The notes beneath the pieces were generated by a model that saw nothing but the letters and a program-made list of their open reading frames with translations, made no database searches and was not told the origin of the DNA. Below are positions 14,690-27,893 of a DNA stretch of 64,000 nucleotides, piece by piece (the first letter of the stretch is position 1; the number at the start of each line of letters is the position of its first letter). This stretch comes from Octopus vulgaris (taxonomy: Eukaryota), in contig OX597815.1 in the NCBI GenBank assembly GCA_951406725.2, positions 73,532,001 to 73,596,000 of the forward strand, read 5' to 3'. The position numbers and the translations under genes are program-made.

Positions 14690-15198
14690 GCATAACCAGC
14701 CCATTTAAAAGTGCCCTTGAATCGTCGGGCGATATGATATGCTTGAGAAGACGTGTTGAGTCAAGTGAAATTGAAATCATAGTCGTGGCCAGTGCAGCCT
14801 GACTGGCACACGTGTTGGTGGCATTTAATAAGTACCATTTGAGTGTGGTCAATGCTAGTCCTGCCTGACAGGCTCCTCGTACCAGTGGCATGTAAAAAGC
14901 ATTATGCAAATGTGGTCGATGGCAGTGCCCCCTGACTGGCTCCTGTGTTGGTGGCACGTTAAAAGTACCATCCAAATGTGGTCGATGCTAGTGCCCCCTG
15001 ACTGGCTCCTGTGCCGCTGGCACATAAAAAGCACCCACTACACTCCCGGAGTGGTTGGCGTTAGGAAGGGCATCCAGCTGTAGAAACCTTGCCAGATCAT
15101 ATTGGAGCCTGGTGCAGCCTACTGGCTTGCCAGTCCTCATTCAAACCGTCGAACCCATGCCAGCATGGAAAGCAGACATTAAATTATGATGATGATGA
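14690..15198 (+). mobile_element. RTE 3' UTR copy
   Basis: Same subrepeats, ggttggcgttaggaagggcatccagc core and (GAT)n tail. Further copies at ~24800-25193 (+), ~26270-26626 (+), ~33770-33875 (+), ~35400-35840 (-), ~42975-43180 (+), ~59040-59200 (-). Confidence 0.8.
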
Positions 15199-15591
15199 TA
15201 GATAAGTAATGCTGCCAACCACTGGATATTGGCCAAAATTTAAGAGACAATCTAAATGTTTCAATATACATATATATACAAATGCTTTCTGAAATAAATA
15301 TACACTGCATTTTAATGGGTCCAAGGAAGGTATAGGATGTTCAACAGGCACACAGCTTTGAATGCATTGCTTTTCATAGCAGAAAGATTTGTAAGCCAAT
15401 GAAGCAGATTATATGACTCCTGTTCCCTTCTCATTCATTAGTTCAGGTGTGGTTGTGTGGAGGTGCAAGCGTGGCTTCCCAACCACATAGTTCCAAGTTC
15501 AGTCCCACTGCATGGCACCTTGGGCAAGTATCTTGGGCCAACCAAAAACTTGTGAGTAGATTTGGTAGATGGAAACTGAGAGAAGCCCATC

Positions 15592-15659
<68 letters not shown>

Positions 15660-15825
15660 TTATGTGTGTGTCCTCATAACTTAACAGTTCGGCAAAAGGG
15701 ACCAATAGAATAAGTACAAGGGTTACAAAAATTAAGTTCTGGGGCGATTTCTTCAACTAAAACCCTTTAAAGCACTGCTCCAGCATAGCTGCAATCAAAT
15801 GACTGAAACAAGTAAAAGTATAAAA

Positions 15826-15864
<39 letters not shown>

Positions 15865-15899
15865 TGAAATAGATGAAATAATATATATATATATATACG

Positions 15900-16838
15900 G
15901 TGCGCCCGCCCCCCCACCCCCACCACCAATACCGATGAACATTGTTCTCACCCCCACCACCAATACCGGTGAACACTGTTCTCACCGCCACCACCAATAC
16001 CATTATACCCAGTTCTCACCATCTACACCGGATACGCCTTACTCATCTACACCGGGTACGCCCTACTCCCTCCTCCCCCCACTACCCCTTCTCCTCATAT
16101 GCTTTCACTGTGAAAAGACAAGCTGCTAGCGCCATAGCTCATCAACTGCCCTGCTAGCGCCATAGCTCATCAACTGCCCACTGATCTTACGCTTCCTCCT
16201 GACACTGCCTCATTCCGACCATCCCCTTTAGTACCCTCCCGCCTCGTAATATCCTACGTTTTTATTTCTTAGGAACCTACACCAACCCTTCCTGCCATCG
16301 TTCCTCCTTACCCCAACCTTCCCACTGGTTGCTCCCCTATATTACCCGCCTCAACTGGACCCCCCCTCCCCAACTCAACTCTTAGAATATCTGTATTTCT
16401 TTCCTCTACCTAATTACGTTACTCAGTGACGATAAATGCTGTGACTACAAAGACCCGGGCTGCTTTCTGCAGCAATTCCACATACCCCCTACCCATTCTA
16501 AGTACCCCGGATCCCCAAAGTACCCTGGATCCCCAAAGTACCCCGATCCCCAAAGTACCCCGGACCTCGTTGCCCCCGTGCCGCTGACACGTTAAAATGC
16601 TCGAACCGATCGTGACGATGCCGGACCCTCCGGCCCCTGTGCAGGTGGCACGTAAAAAGCACCCAATCCACTCACGGAGTGGTTGGCGTTAGGAAGGGCA
16701 TCCAGCCGTAGAAACTCTGCCAGATTCAGACTGGAGCCTGGTGCGGCCCCTGGCTTCCCAGACCCGGTCAAACCGTCCAACCCGTGCTAGCGCGGAAAGC
16801 GGACGTTAAACGATGATGATGATGATGATGATGATGAT
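15900..16838 (+). mobile_element. Composite element: C-rich segment X (15900-16380) followed by an RTE 3' end
   Basis: X is homologous to 43700-44075 (-); the RTE tail at 16436-16838 contains four copies of an ~18-bp unit (aagtaccccggatcccca) at ~16501-16563. Confidence 0.7.
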
Positions 16839-16839
16839 A

Positions 16840-17687
16840 CGAGGTTTGATCAATAAGTATTCAGACTGTTGCCTTAGTAATGAAGCTAAAGCATGTAGAG
16901 TGAAGCTGCTTGGCAAGGATTGATCTTGAACTCTGCTATGCATGTGCACAGAGTTTTAACATTCTAGCTCACTCCCACTGTTTACTGCAATGCTTGGAAG
17001 GAAGGTGTGTAGTGAGTAATCGTCGCATTGACCATGACAGAGGCCTATGCAAAGTTGCAGAAAGTGTATGGAGAGGAGTGTATGAGCCACACACAAGTGT
17101 ATGAGTTGTTCAGACATTTCCAAGATGGCTGGAAAAATATCGATATTGATGAATGTTCTGGGAGACCCACAACCAATAGAACTGAGAAAATCATCGCAAT
17201 GTGCGTGCAGATATGAGGGGAAATTGTTGAATCACCATCCGTGAGTTATCAGAGGATGTGCAGATTAGTTATGGTTCAGTTCAGTCCATTATCACTGAAG
17301 ATTTGGGTATGAGATGTGTGTCTAAACTGTTTTCAGCTGACCAAAAAGACACCCAGGTTTCAGTTGCAGAAGATCTCCTCAATTGTGTTGAGAACAATGA
17401 AGACTTTTTGAAAACTTTGTGTAGGCCTCTGAGTAGATATTGCCAAGCTATTGACAAAATTGGATGCAAATTCTCTGCTCAACTTTCTGTCATGGTCAAT
17501 GCGGTGATCACATGCTATACACCTTCCTTCCAGGTACTGCTGTAAATAGCAGAAGTGAGCTAGAATGCTAAAACTTAGTGTACATGCATGGCAGAGTTCA
17601 AGGTCAATCTGTACCAAGCAGCTTCACTCAGCATGCTTTAGCTTTGTTACTATGGAAACAATCCAGATACTCATTGATCAGACCATG
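16840..17687 (+). mobile_element. Mariner-derived foldback element with ~200-bp inverted arms and a transposase N-terminal remnant
   Basis: TA TSD; 16840-17041 is inverted at 17485-17687; the interior encodes EAYAKLQKVYGEECMSHTQVYELFRHFQDG...SGRP and VQISYGSVQSIITEDLGMR (HTH region). Confidence 0.85.
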
Positions 17688-19967
17688 TATATATAATCTA
17701 AAATATATTCCCTATTTCATTGGGTATTAAGACCACCATCTTCATGCTATAATTCACAGGTAGATATCTTTTACCATCTTTTACTTACTTCAGATATTTT
17801 GACTGTGGCCATGCTGGGACACTACCATGAAGGGTTTTAGTTGAACAAATCAACCCAAGAACTTTTTTTTTAAATGCCTAATATTTATTCTATTGATCTC
17901 TTTTACTGCACTACTAAGTTAAGGGGACATAAATATACCAGTACAAGTGGTAGGGTACAAATGCAGATACAAAGACACACACACATAAGTATATATACAA
18001 TGGGCTTCTTTCAGTTTCTGTCTACTAAATCCACTCACAAGGCTTTGGTTGGTCCAAAGCAATAGTAGAGGATACTTGGCCAAGGTACCATGCAATGGGA
18101 TTGAAGCCAGAACCATGTGGTTGGGAAGCAAACTTCTTACCTCAGAGCTATGCTTGCACCTATGCAAGAACAGATTCCAGCAAAGCCTTGTGAGAAGATT
18201 TGGAAGACAGAAACTGAAAGAATGCCATTGTACATATATATATGTGTGTTTGTGTGTGTGTGTGTATACATATATAGAAGTGTATGTGCATATGTGCTTG
18301 TCTTAACATTGCATAATAGTTGCAAACAACCATCATCATCATCATAAAAGCACTGTGTTTTGTTTCCAATCTTCTGTGTAAAAACAAAAATGTCTGGACC
18401 AGAGGAAAGATTACCTTACTTGGAAATAGGTTAAGGTTGGGAACAGGAAGGGCATCTGACTGTACAAAATCCACATCAGCAATTCCATCCAACTCATGTG
18501 AGTATGGAAAATGGATGTGAAAAAAAGATGAAGATGATGATAATGCTTTTAAAGTTTTTGAGCTAATCAAATGAAACACTAACTCTTATGTTGGAACTTA
18601 AGCCTTCAAAAACTTCTAAAAGTATCTATTCCTAAGTAGGTACTAGGGTACTGTAAGTCAGAACACCAATATCCTATCAACATGGCTAGTTAAAACACTC
18701 ATCTAAAAAGTTACAATTGTTTTTGGATATCTTTTACTTGTTGCAGTCTTTGAACTGTGGTCATGCTGGAGTGTGCTGCTTTGAAACTGGAGGAACTGCT
18801 CATTGTTTGAACAAATCTTTTTCTAGAATTGGTAAAAGAGAAGGTACTTTTTTCCTTCATAACATTAGTAAAGTGAAGTAAAGACCCCCTTTGGTCATGA
18901 ATGACCAGGGATGGCACCTAGAAAGTTCCCAAGATTGCTTATGGAAGACCAATAGTCACCCCATGCATACCAACCTCCCCTCACCATGCCATTGATGTTA
19001 TCCAAGGGAAAGGCAAAGGCCAACACAGTTTGGCACCAGTTATGTTGCAACTCATTCCCAAAGCTGAGTAAACTGGAACAATGTGAAATAAAATGTTTTG
19101 CTCAAGACTACAACATTCAACCGGGTCCAGGAATCGAATTCACAATCACAACCTCACAACCATAAGCTCCATGCTCAAACCACTGAGCCATTGCATACTT
19201 AGACCTAGGTCTGTCATGAGCCCTAAGACTCATAAGGCTGGAGCTTAACACCCAGTTTCCAAAGCAAATAAGTGACTGAGATTACAACAGTCCCTTCTCA
19301 ACAGGACGCCTGTCTGTCACAGGGTCAACTTCCTGGATATTGCTAGAACTCATTTACAATTGATGGAACAAGAGCAATGTGAAATGAAGTGTTTTGCTCA
19401 AGAACACAATGCACTGCCCAATCTGAGAATTGAAACCACAATCATATGACCATGAGTACAACACCCTAATCACTAGGCCATGAACCTTCTAAAACAAAAG
19501 ACAGAGAAAAATCTCTAAACATTTCCTTTGTACTTTAGTTTGTACAACAAACTGAAGAATTATGACAGGAAATCTAGTGATTAGTAATATGAATTTTATT
19601 GAACTTCCAAGTGTTCTAAGAGGGAGAGGTAGAGTAGGGCTATTTATCCTGTCCACTATGCCACATGCTTTCACCTTCATGTTATTAACCAATCAATAAG
19701 AGAAGAAACAATTTGCTTGGCTGACAAACTGAACAAAGAAGACCATGGGGTACAACACAAGCGTGCAACAAACTTGAACTTACAACCACACTGACAGCCG
19801 TTTAGCATCTTAATCTCATAACTACTTTGTTTTATTGACTAACATAAGTCTAAACAATATTTTTTTCATTACATTGCTTTTATTGTAGCTAATGTGATAA
19901 ACAGTAATACTGTCAAGAGGACTGTGTTTAAAATAAATATCATTTCCTCTGGCTGTCTCTATATCTA

Positions 19968-20015
<48 letters not shown>

Positions 20016-22195
20016 AGTGAGAGAGAGAGAGAGATATCATTACTGCAAGTAACATTATTGATGCTAAAACATCTACATAATTGAGCTTATTGCTTCTGTC
20101 GTGCTAATTCATCATTTCATCTGTACAGACACACGACTGTAAGCTGTTGAATGGGTAAATAATACTGTCCTAGACTAATTTAAAACTATCATGAATAAAA
20201 TCAGCAATAAGCTACACAAGTAATAATACTAATACTATAATATAGCTATTAGAGACATTTAGTTACAGTGAAATTAGTGTCTTCCTAGGTTTTTCTTTGA
20301 TGTTTAGTTCACTTAAAAATCTCTTGCTCCCTCCCCACCCCCATTTTTCCCCTCACGGTAATTCTACATATTTTTCAATAATATTCACTTCAATAGACAT
20401 TCAAGAATATTAACATGACTGGCACTGAAGTTCTATAATTTGATTGGAGAATCTTCCATCTAATGGTGACATAAAGTACAAAAACTGCCTGTAAAAGCTT
20501 ACAAGAAGAGTATTATTCAGTCTTAAGTAAAATTGACTCCAAGTTTAATGAGGCATTAGTTACTTTGTTATAGCTTTTACTTAAAAGACAGCTCTGATCT
20601 AGAAAGATGAAGCAAATTTGATGTTGCGAGTCGAAACGAAGATTATATACCCCTAGAGGCTAATAGCTATGGGCTTACGCTGGCTTTTGTAATACGATAT
20701 AAAAAGGAAAATTATATGAATCAAAACTTAAAGAGGCTTACGTTGGGATGAGTAACCAAAATAAAGCTGTCGTCAATAGCAATATCAGTAAATAGCAACG
20801 AGCATAGTATTGATTAGGTTTCCTTATTCTAAACATTACCATTGATGTTGTCATCATAGGGGCTTCTCCCACTACCACTACCACCACCTCTTTTAACTAC
20901 TATGTTTTTTCCTTTTTTTTTAATCTATTCCCATTACATCTTTTACCTACCCATCCACTTGCTGCCACCTGATATCAACATCTGCTGCTTCTGGTCCTGT
21001 CCAGAAGGAATCTGGCTGCATTTGTTTTTTTAAGAGTATAAGTTTATGTAGTGAGTTCAAATTTCTTTTTGTCTTTTTTAGCTCTTAGCAACAAAATTCT
21101 TGTTTGTTAGCAATCAGAGTTTGCAAAAGTCCTATTCATTATCAGCTTTTAATGGTCATCAGTGAGACCATGAGAAGCCAACAGCATTTAGGAGCAATCC
21201 TACATTTTCAGCCCTAAATTATTTCAGATATTTATTATCTCAAAGTTCCTTTCTCACAGTTTGTTAAATTAAATGTGGTTCTCAAGAAGAAAAAGATTCC
21301 AAGATGCTATTTTAAAGAATAAAATTTCAATAAATAATCTAATTTCAAGAATAATTAAACAAAATAATGAAGCATAGTAAAATGATGAACTAAAATTTCA
21401 GCAGAGCTACTTCACTTGAAAGAGTTTATAACTAACAAATATGGTATGGGATGGCTCAGTTAGGTACAATGTCAAAACAAGGAGACACAAACATCCCCAC
21501 CATACACAAACATCTCTCTATATATAAAATTCCTTATCTTCTTCGTCTGTTCTCTATGCCTTCTCAAATGGCTCCATCAAATCAAATTTTACAAGGTAAT
21601 AGTATTACCCCCTGCGAGTGTCAGCATGTAATTTTTATCTTCATTTGGATTGAAACAATATAACATTTTCTCGAAAATAGTCTTTCTATAGTCAACTATA
21701 GTAATGGACATTTTATACCATGACGAGAAACGTCACATTTTGTATATGAGTGTGTATGTGTGTGTATGTATTTATGCATTCGTTACATATGAGATAGTAA
21801 AGGACATTTTATACCACCACCATGACAACACTTCTTAAATATAAAATAGACCTCTGTGTGTATCACTTTTCACATGAAAACGGCTGTGAATTGGTTCCAT
21901 ACTTGGGATGCATGAATAATTTGACCTCGGATACAAAATAGGGACTTCGTTTATTTTTTTATTAAAAATACTTCCTCTCTTTCTATCTCTTACTCTATTC
22001 ATTCTATCAACCATTCTGTCTAACCATTGTAACAATATCTGGTACCAAAAAAATTATTACAGCTATCATTGTTTACAATCTTCTGAAGCAGTGTATTTGT
22101 GCACACCAACACATAAACAAAATGTTTGAAAGGTTGAAGGGTCAAACAATAATGCTGTACCAGTGTATTTGTGTATCAGTAAATAACTATGAGTA

Positions 22196-22667
22196 AATAT
22201 TTTGTAAAGGACCCATTTGTAACTCAGTGTGAAATAATTTTTTTTGCCACATGTTTTTTCAAGTGTATTCAATGTATCTGACCTCCAAACCTGCCACAAA
22301 CCACTTTTTTCCAGAAAAGAAGGGGTCAAAATATTATTTCACAGCGAAATATTGGTGGGTCCTTTATCACAAATTGCTGTTACATGGTGTTAGGGCGTGT
22401 TAGAAATAGCAGCTAAATCTTTCCTTTTCTGGAAGAAGGAGCCATATAAGCATAATTTCGATGTTACATTCATTGAAAGTAAGCAAAATAACCTGGAAAG
22501 AAAAACAAAACTCTGTTGGTGGGAAACTCCGACGTGACCACTTCTTTTCTGAAAAAAAAATGGCTTGCGACAGTTTTGGAGATCAGATATGTTGAATGCA
22601 CTCGTAAAAACACAGGGGAAAAAATTATTTCACACCAAGGTACGAACAGGTCCTTTATGAAATATTT
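22196..22667. mobile_element. Old foldback/MITE with ~130-bp diverged inverted arms
   Basis: 22196-22325 is the diverged reverse complement of 22540-22667 (aaatattttgtaaaggaccc... / ...ggtcctttatgaaatattt). Confidence 0.7.
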
Positions 22668-24381
22668 ACCAAACAATACCTAGAAGAAAGGTGTCAAATT
22701 AAACTACAAAGAGTACTGTGTTAAGGCTATGAGTTTATAACCCAAATGAAACCAGGTCCTTCTGCTTGTCATACATGCATGCATGCCTGTATGTATGTAT
22801 GTATAATCCTCTGTAAGGTGGTTGGCATTAGGAAGGATAACCAGCCATAGGAACCATGTGCCAAAGCTGACATTGGAGCTCAACACAGTCCCCCTGATCT
22901 GTTGGATCCTGTCAAACCATCCATTCTGTGCCAACATAGAATACGGATACTAAATTATGAATATTGATTATGATGATGATGCATATGTTTGGTTTCTTTC
23001 AGTTTCTGTCAACCAAAAATCCACTCACAAATCTTTAGTTGGTCCAGGAACAAAAATAGGAGACACTTGCCCAATGTGCCACACAGAGAGACTGAACCCA
23101 ATACCATGTGATTTGGAAACACTTCTTAATCATATAGTCATGCCTGCACCTGTTTGAATGCTTTAAAAAATGTTATTGCTATTTTTCTCTATGAAACTGT
23201 AATTAGTTCTCTATATTGATTAATTTTGTTGGCTCTACAATCTATCATTGCATCTCTGAATCATTGCATTATGATAAAACAAGTGCAATCTTCAGCAACC
23301 TCTATTTCAACCAACTAACAAACTATTTGCTAGATATCAACTAAGCAGCCAGAAGAGACACCTTAAAGAATATCTTCAACCAATTTTTCTTTTTTAACTT
23401 TTTCCCTGTTCTTTTCTGTCTTGCTTGCCAGCCTCAGTAGACCCAGTGGTATAAGAGACGCACCCAGTAACACAGTGTAAAGTGGTTGATGTTAGAAAGG
23501 GCATCCAGGTAGAGAAACTATGCCAAATCTGACACTGGAGCTCGGTGCAGCTCTGCAGCTCAGTGGATTCTGTTTAACCATCCAACCCATGCTAGTATGG
23601 AAAATGAACATTAGATGATAATGATCACAATAATGATGTTGAAGATTTTTTAAGTTTTAAAATAATTTAAAGTAAAATCAACTTTCCATTCTTTAGAAAA
23701 ATTCTTGATTCAGTAACAAAGCTTGATCAGGGTTGAACCTTAAGCTTTGCTTTCCTTTATAAAAACATCACTTAACACAAATAATACTCTTACATCCGTC
23801 ACACTCAAAACTAAATATTTTCGAGAAATAATAAGGTATCTATCACATGCATACACACAGCCCAAACCACCCATAGTCATTCGATGTTTAAAAACTAGTT
23901 TCATAGAATGTTATTTATTGTTTTTACACATTAATTTGTGTAGGTTGAACTATGTAAAATATCAGAGAAAGAAATCAGTTTTCTTGCAATACATACCAAT
24001 ACATGTCTAAAGCAATTTTTTTTTTTTTTTTGGTGGCCCTTAAAATATCATTGTGGATTCCCAATTTATCATTTTGTTGTATGGACCCCAAAAATCTGAT
24101 GTGGACCCTCAGGGGCCATATGGACCTCAGCTGAGAACCACTGTTCCACATGTGTTTGACTTCACTCTATGATACTATGCACACACCACCCACAAACACT
24201 GCAGTACTTAATGCTTCTTATAAGGAGTTGAGTCCAGCATCTTAATCATCTCATTGTTGGTTAATAAATCAGTTTTGTCTACATTCTACAAACAGCAAGT
24301 AAAATATTAAAAAAATTATGATAATAATAATGACAATGGAAAAATATAATACCCCCCAATTCAAACATTGAGTTTACAAAC

Positions 24382-24542
24382 CTGTCTTGAAAGTCACAGA
24401 CTGATGGAGAATTGTAATCTAAATCATTCTTGTTCTCAGCTCCATTATTAGTTCCATTAATATCTGAGCTTAGGAATGAACTGCAACTGTCAGAGCTTAC
24501 TAAAAGTTCATCTGTCAACCATTCTGGAGTTTTATCCCGAGC
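24382..24542 (-). CDS. CEP112: CEP112-like coding exon (ARDKTPEWLTDELLVSSDSCSSFLSSDINGTNNGAENKNDLDYNSPSVCDFQD(R))
   Basis: Acceptor tgattttacag|, donor AG|GTTTGT; 161 nt, open in phase 0 and so compatible with exon 3. PEWLTDEL resembles the PAWVLGEL segment that follows DUF4485 in CEP112. Unique, non-repeat sequence. Confidence 0.75.
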
Positions 24543-26644
24543 CTGTAAAATCAGAAAACATTATGTTATTCACTTTTTTCTTACCATGTTCAGATACACT
24601 GCCTTTTGTTTCAATTAATTTTAGAAAGAACGAAGAATTTAGTAAAATAACGTTACCATTATAAAGCTGGTGTTTGGGAAATAAATTAATGTGAAATTTT
24701 AATGGTAAGTTTGAATTTAGGTCACTTTAAAACAGGAAGTTTATATCATAGGACCAGGGGCAGTCAGCCAAGTTAATTGGAAACGGGTTCAATTTCTGCC
24801 AGTAGCATGCTCCTTGAAATGGTCTTTGAATGTTGGGCTTCACTAAGGTGAGGGACAAGGTGGTGAAGCATGATCTTTGAATGTTGAGCCTCATGGAGGA
24901 GATAACAAGTGACCAAGACCTTCGGTGATATGCTGTGCTTGAGAAAAGTTGTTAAGCCAAGTCGTGGCCATTTCCAGTGCCATGTAAATGGCACCTGTGC
25001 CAGTGGAATGTAAAAAGCACCTATTACACTCTCAGAGTGGTTGGCATTAGGAAGGGCATCCAGCCATAGAAACCATGCCAAATCAGATTGGAACCTGGTG
25101 CAGCTCTCCAGCTCATCAGTTCCAGTCAAGCTGTCTAACCTATGCCAGTACAGAAAGTGGATGTTAAATGATGATGATGATGATGATGATGATGTTGGAG
25201 GCAGCAGAAGAAAAAAAACCCAGATTTTATATGGCCATTGGTGTAGAGCTAGTAAAGTTAGGCAGGTGGTAACAGTATCTCCATGTAGCTGATATTTAAC
25301 CATTTTTAATATTCGGTTACCATCATGGTTTGGATCAGTGCATACCTAATGTTTGGTGCCGAAACATTTACCAAGACTGGTGAATCTGAGAGGATTTTTT
25401 TAGTTAGCTACATTCAATACTTTCTACAAAATTTCTGCTTCTAAATGAAAAAAAGTTTACTTGTTTTTTACAAAATATATTAATTTCAAATTATATTTGT
25501 TTGTTGGTTGCTTTTTTTTTTTTCTCCTTTGCATTGTTGGAAGACATACTGGTTCACTATTATGAGAATGTCTGATGCTACATAAAACCTCTACTTGCGT
25601 AGCATCCACTCCAATATAAAACATGCATATCATCATCCTTTATCTCTTATCTTTTGCTTGTTTCAAACATTAGACCACAGCAATGCTGGAGCACTGTTTT
25701 AAGGATTTTAGTTAAACAATTTGATCCCAGTACTTATTTTTTAATTCTGGTGCTTATTCTGTCAGTTCTTTGCCAAACTGGTAAGTTACAGGGACATAAA
25801 CAAACCAACACTAGTTGTCAAGTGGTGGTGGTGATGGGAGGGGGTGAATCAAAAAGAGACATATATGACAGGTTTCCACACAATTTCCATCAACCGAATT
25901 CACTCACATGGCATTGGTCACCTAAGGTTATAGTAGAAGACATTTACCCAAGGTGCTTTGGGATGAACTGAAAACTACATGGTTTCATAACTAATTTCTT
26001 AACCACTCAGCAATTCCTTCACCTATATTTTTTATTTTTTTACTTGTTTCAGTCATTTGACTGTGGCCATGCTGGAACACCACCTTAAAGTGTGTCTGTC
26101 GAACAATTTGAGCCTAGGACTTGTTTTTATGCCTAGTACTTATTCTATCAGTCTCTTTGCCAAACTGCTAAGTTACACTGATGTAAACACACCAACACCA
26201 GTTGTCAAGAAGTGATGGTGGGGACAAACACAGACATATACACACACACATAGATATTCATGTGTGGGTCACTGCCACTTCTGTCTGACTGGCTCTCCGT
26301 ACTGGTGGGACATAAAAAGCACCATCCAAATGTGGTCGATGCCAGCCCACTGCCCCAACTGGCTCCTGTGGCGGTGGCATGCAAAAAGCACCATCCAAAC
26401 GTGGCTGATGCCAGTGCCGCCTGACTAGCTCCCACGGCACTGGCACGTAAAAAGCAACCACTGCACTCTTGGAGTGGTTTGCATTATGAAGGGCATCCAG
26501 CTGTAGAAACATTGCCAGATCAGATTGAGGACTGGTGCGGCCTCCTGGCTTGCCAGTCCCCAGTCAAACCGTCCAACCCATGCTAGCATGGAAAAGGGAC
26601 GTTCAATGATGATGCTGATGATGATGATATATGTATATATATAT

Positions 26645-26858
26645 ATCATAATAAAATGTGACCGCATGTGTACCGTTGACGATTCTTTTTTTCCTCCATC
26701 TTCCCTTCTCTGGATCTTTCCTTTTCCTATGTCTCTAACGAAGACTCCGCTCGAAACGTAAAACCCTCCTTCTTCCCTTCCTTCCTGAGCATCCAATAAT
26801 ACTATATTTCTTCCACGTTCTCGTGTTGTGTTTTCTCTTGGTGTTCTCATGTTTGAAT

Positions 26859-26862
<4 letters not shown>
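26645..26862 (+). mobile_element. Short PLE pLTR-like fragment with a decayed hammerhead (26731-26764)
   Basis: GUCU-CUAACGA-AGACUCCGCUC-GAAA-CG-UA-AAAC (G5A, broken stem II) in a pyrimidine-rich segment flanked by TA repeats. Confidence 0.45.
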
Positions 26863-26917
<55 letters not shown>

Positions 26918-26980
26918 AAATGAAGAAAATGCTGATAAAATAATTTAAGTAAGGGAGAGTGTATTTAATTAGGTGAAAGT

Positions 26981-27020
26981 TCTTTTTACTGGTTGCACAT
27001 TTGTTATGCTTATCAAAAGA
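26981..27020 (-). ncRNA. Mirror copy of the PLE hammerhead-like motif, with two CpG transitions
   Basis: Reverse complement reads UCUU-UUGAUAA-GCAU aacaa AUGU-GCAA-CCAG-UA-AAAAGA. Confidence 0.45.
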
Positions 27021-27893
27021 TATTTTTAAAGAGAGATAGAGTTCCTTTCTGATAGATTTTTTTCTCTTATCTGACTTTATGTTGGGTTTGCTGTCTCTTA
27101 TATGTGAAAAAAGAGGCTCCAGAGTTTTTTAAGATTTGCTTGGTTTCGCGCCTAAAATTTCTTGTGGACAATGGTCAATACAATTTTGATTGGTCATTAT
27201 AAAGGGGTCACGTGAATGTTTGAATGGAGGTTAGTGTTGGGGTAAGAAAATAGGCTCCAGAGATGTTAAAATTTGGCTAGTGCCGCGCCTAAAATTTCTT
27301 ATTGGTCATAATAAAGAGGTCACGTGGATGTGGTCATAATAGAGGTCACATGAATGTTTAGAATGAATGTTGGTGTGGGTGGTGTATGGAGTTTTCGAAA
27401 ATAGCGTTGTTGAAAATTCTTATTGTTCAGGCTGGTCAGTAGACGTCATGTGGATATTTTAAATAGCTTTTTAGTTAAGGAGTGTATTTTCCGCTTGACT
27501 GAATTTGAGCTGGTTAAGTAAGTTCATTTAGGACAGGAAGAGCTATATGTATGTATGTGCGCGCGCGCGTGTGTGTGTGTGTGTGTGTGTTTATAAGTAT
27601 GTTGGGGCGCGCGTGCGTGTATATATGTGTGCGTGTGTGGGTACAATTTTCAATATTTATAGTTCTGCTGGCCTTGTGCCTGTATTGGGAAGCAACATGT
27701 TTGTGTGAAGTCAATATTTACAGTCATTTCCAAAAAGTAGTGTTGGATGTTTTGCACCCGTATCAAATTATGTGTATGTGTGGAACCATATATTTGCGTG
27801 TGTCATGGTGTTAATATCTGGGTAAAAGTGTGAATTTAATGAGGTTGTTGAGGAAGGGAATTTGTTGAGGGCTGTATTCCATTGTGAAAATAA

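Noticed and set aside
19905-20170. Two TAATACTGTC matches resembling the 5' end of miR-8/miR-200
   Set aside because: Only 10-11 nt match and no precursor hairpin is evident; plausible by chance in AT-rich intron.
21513-22065. Possible Helitron (TC...TATATATAAAA 5' end)
   Set aside because: No convincing 3' hairpin plus CTRR end or second copy in the window.
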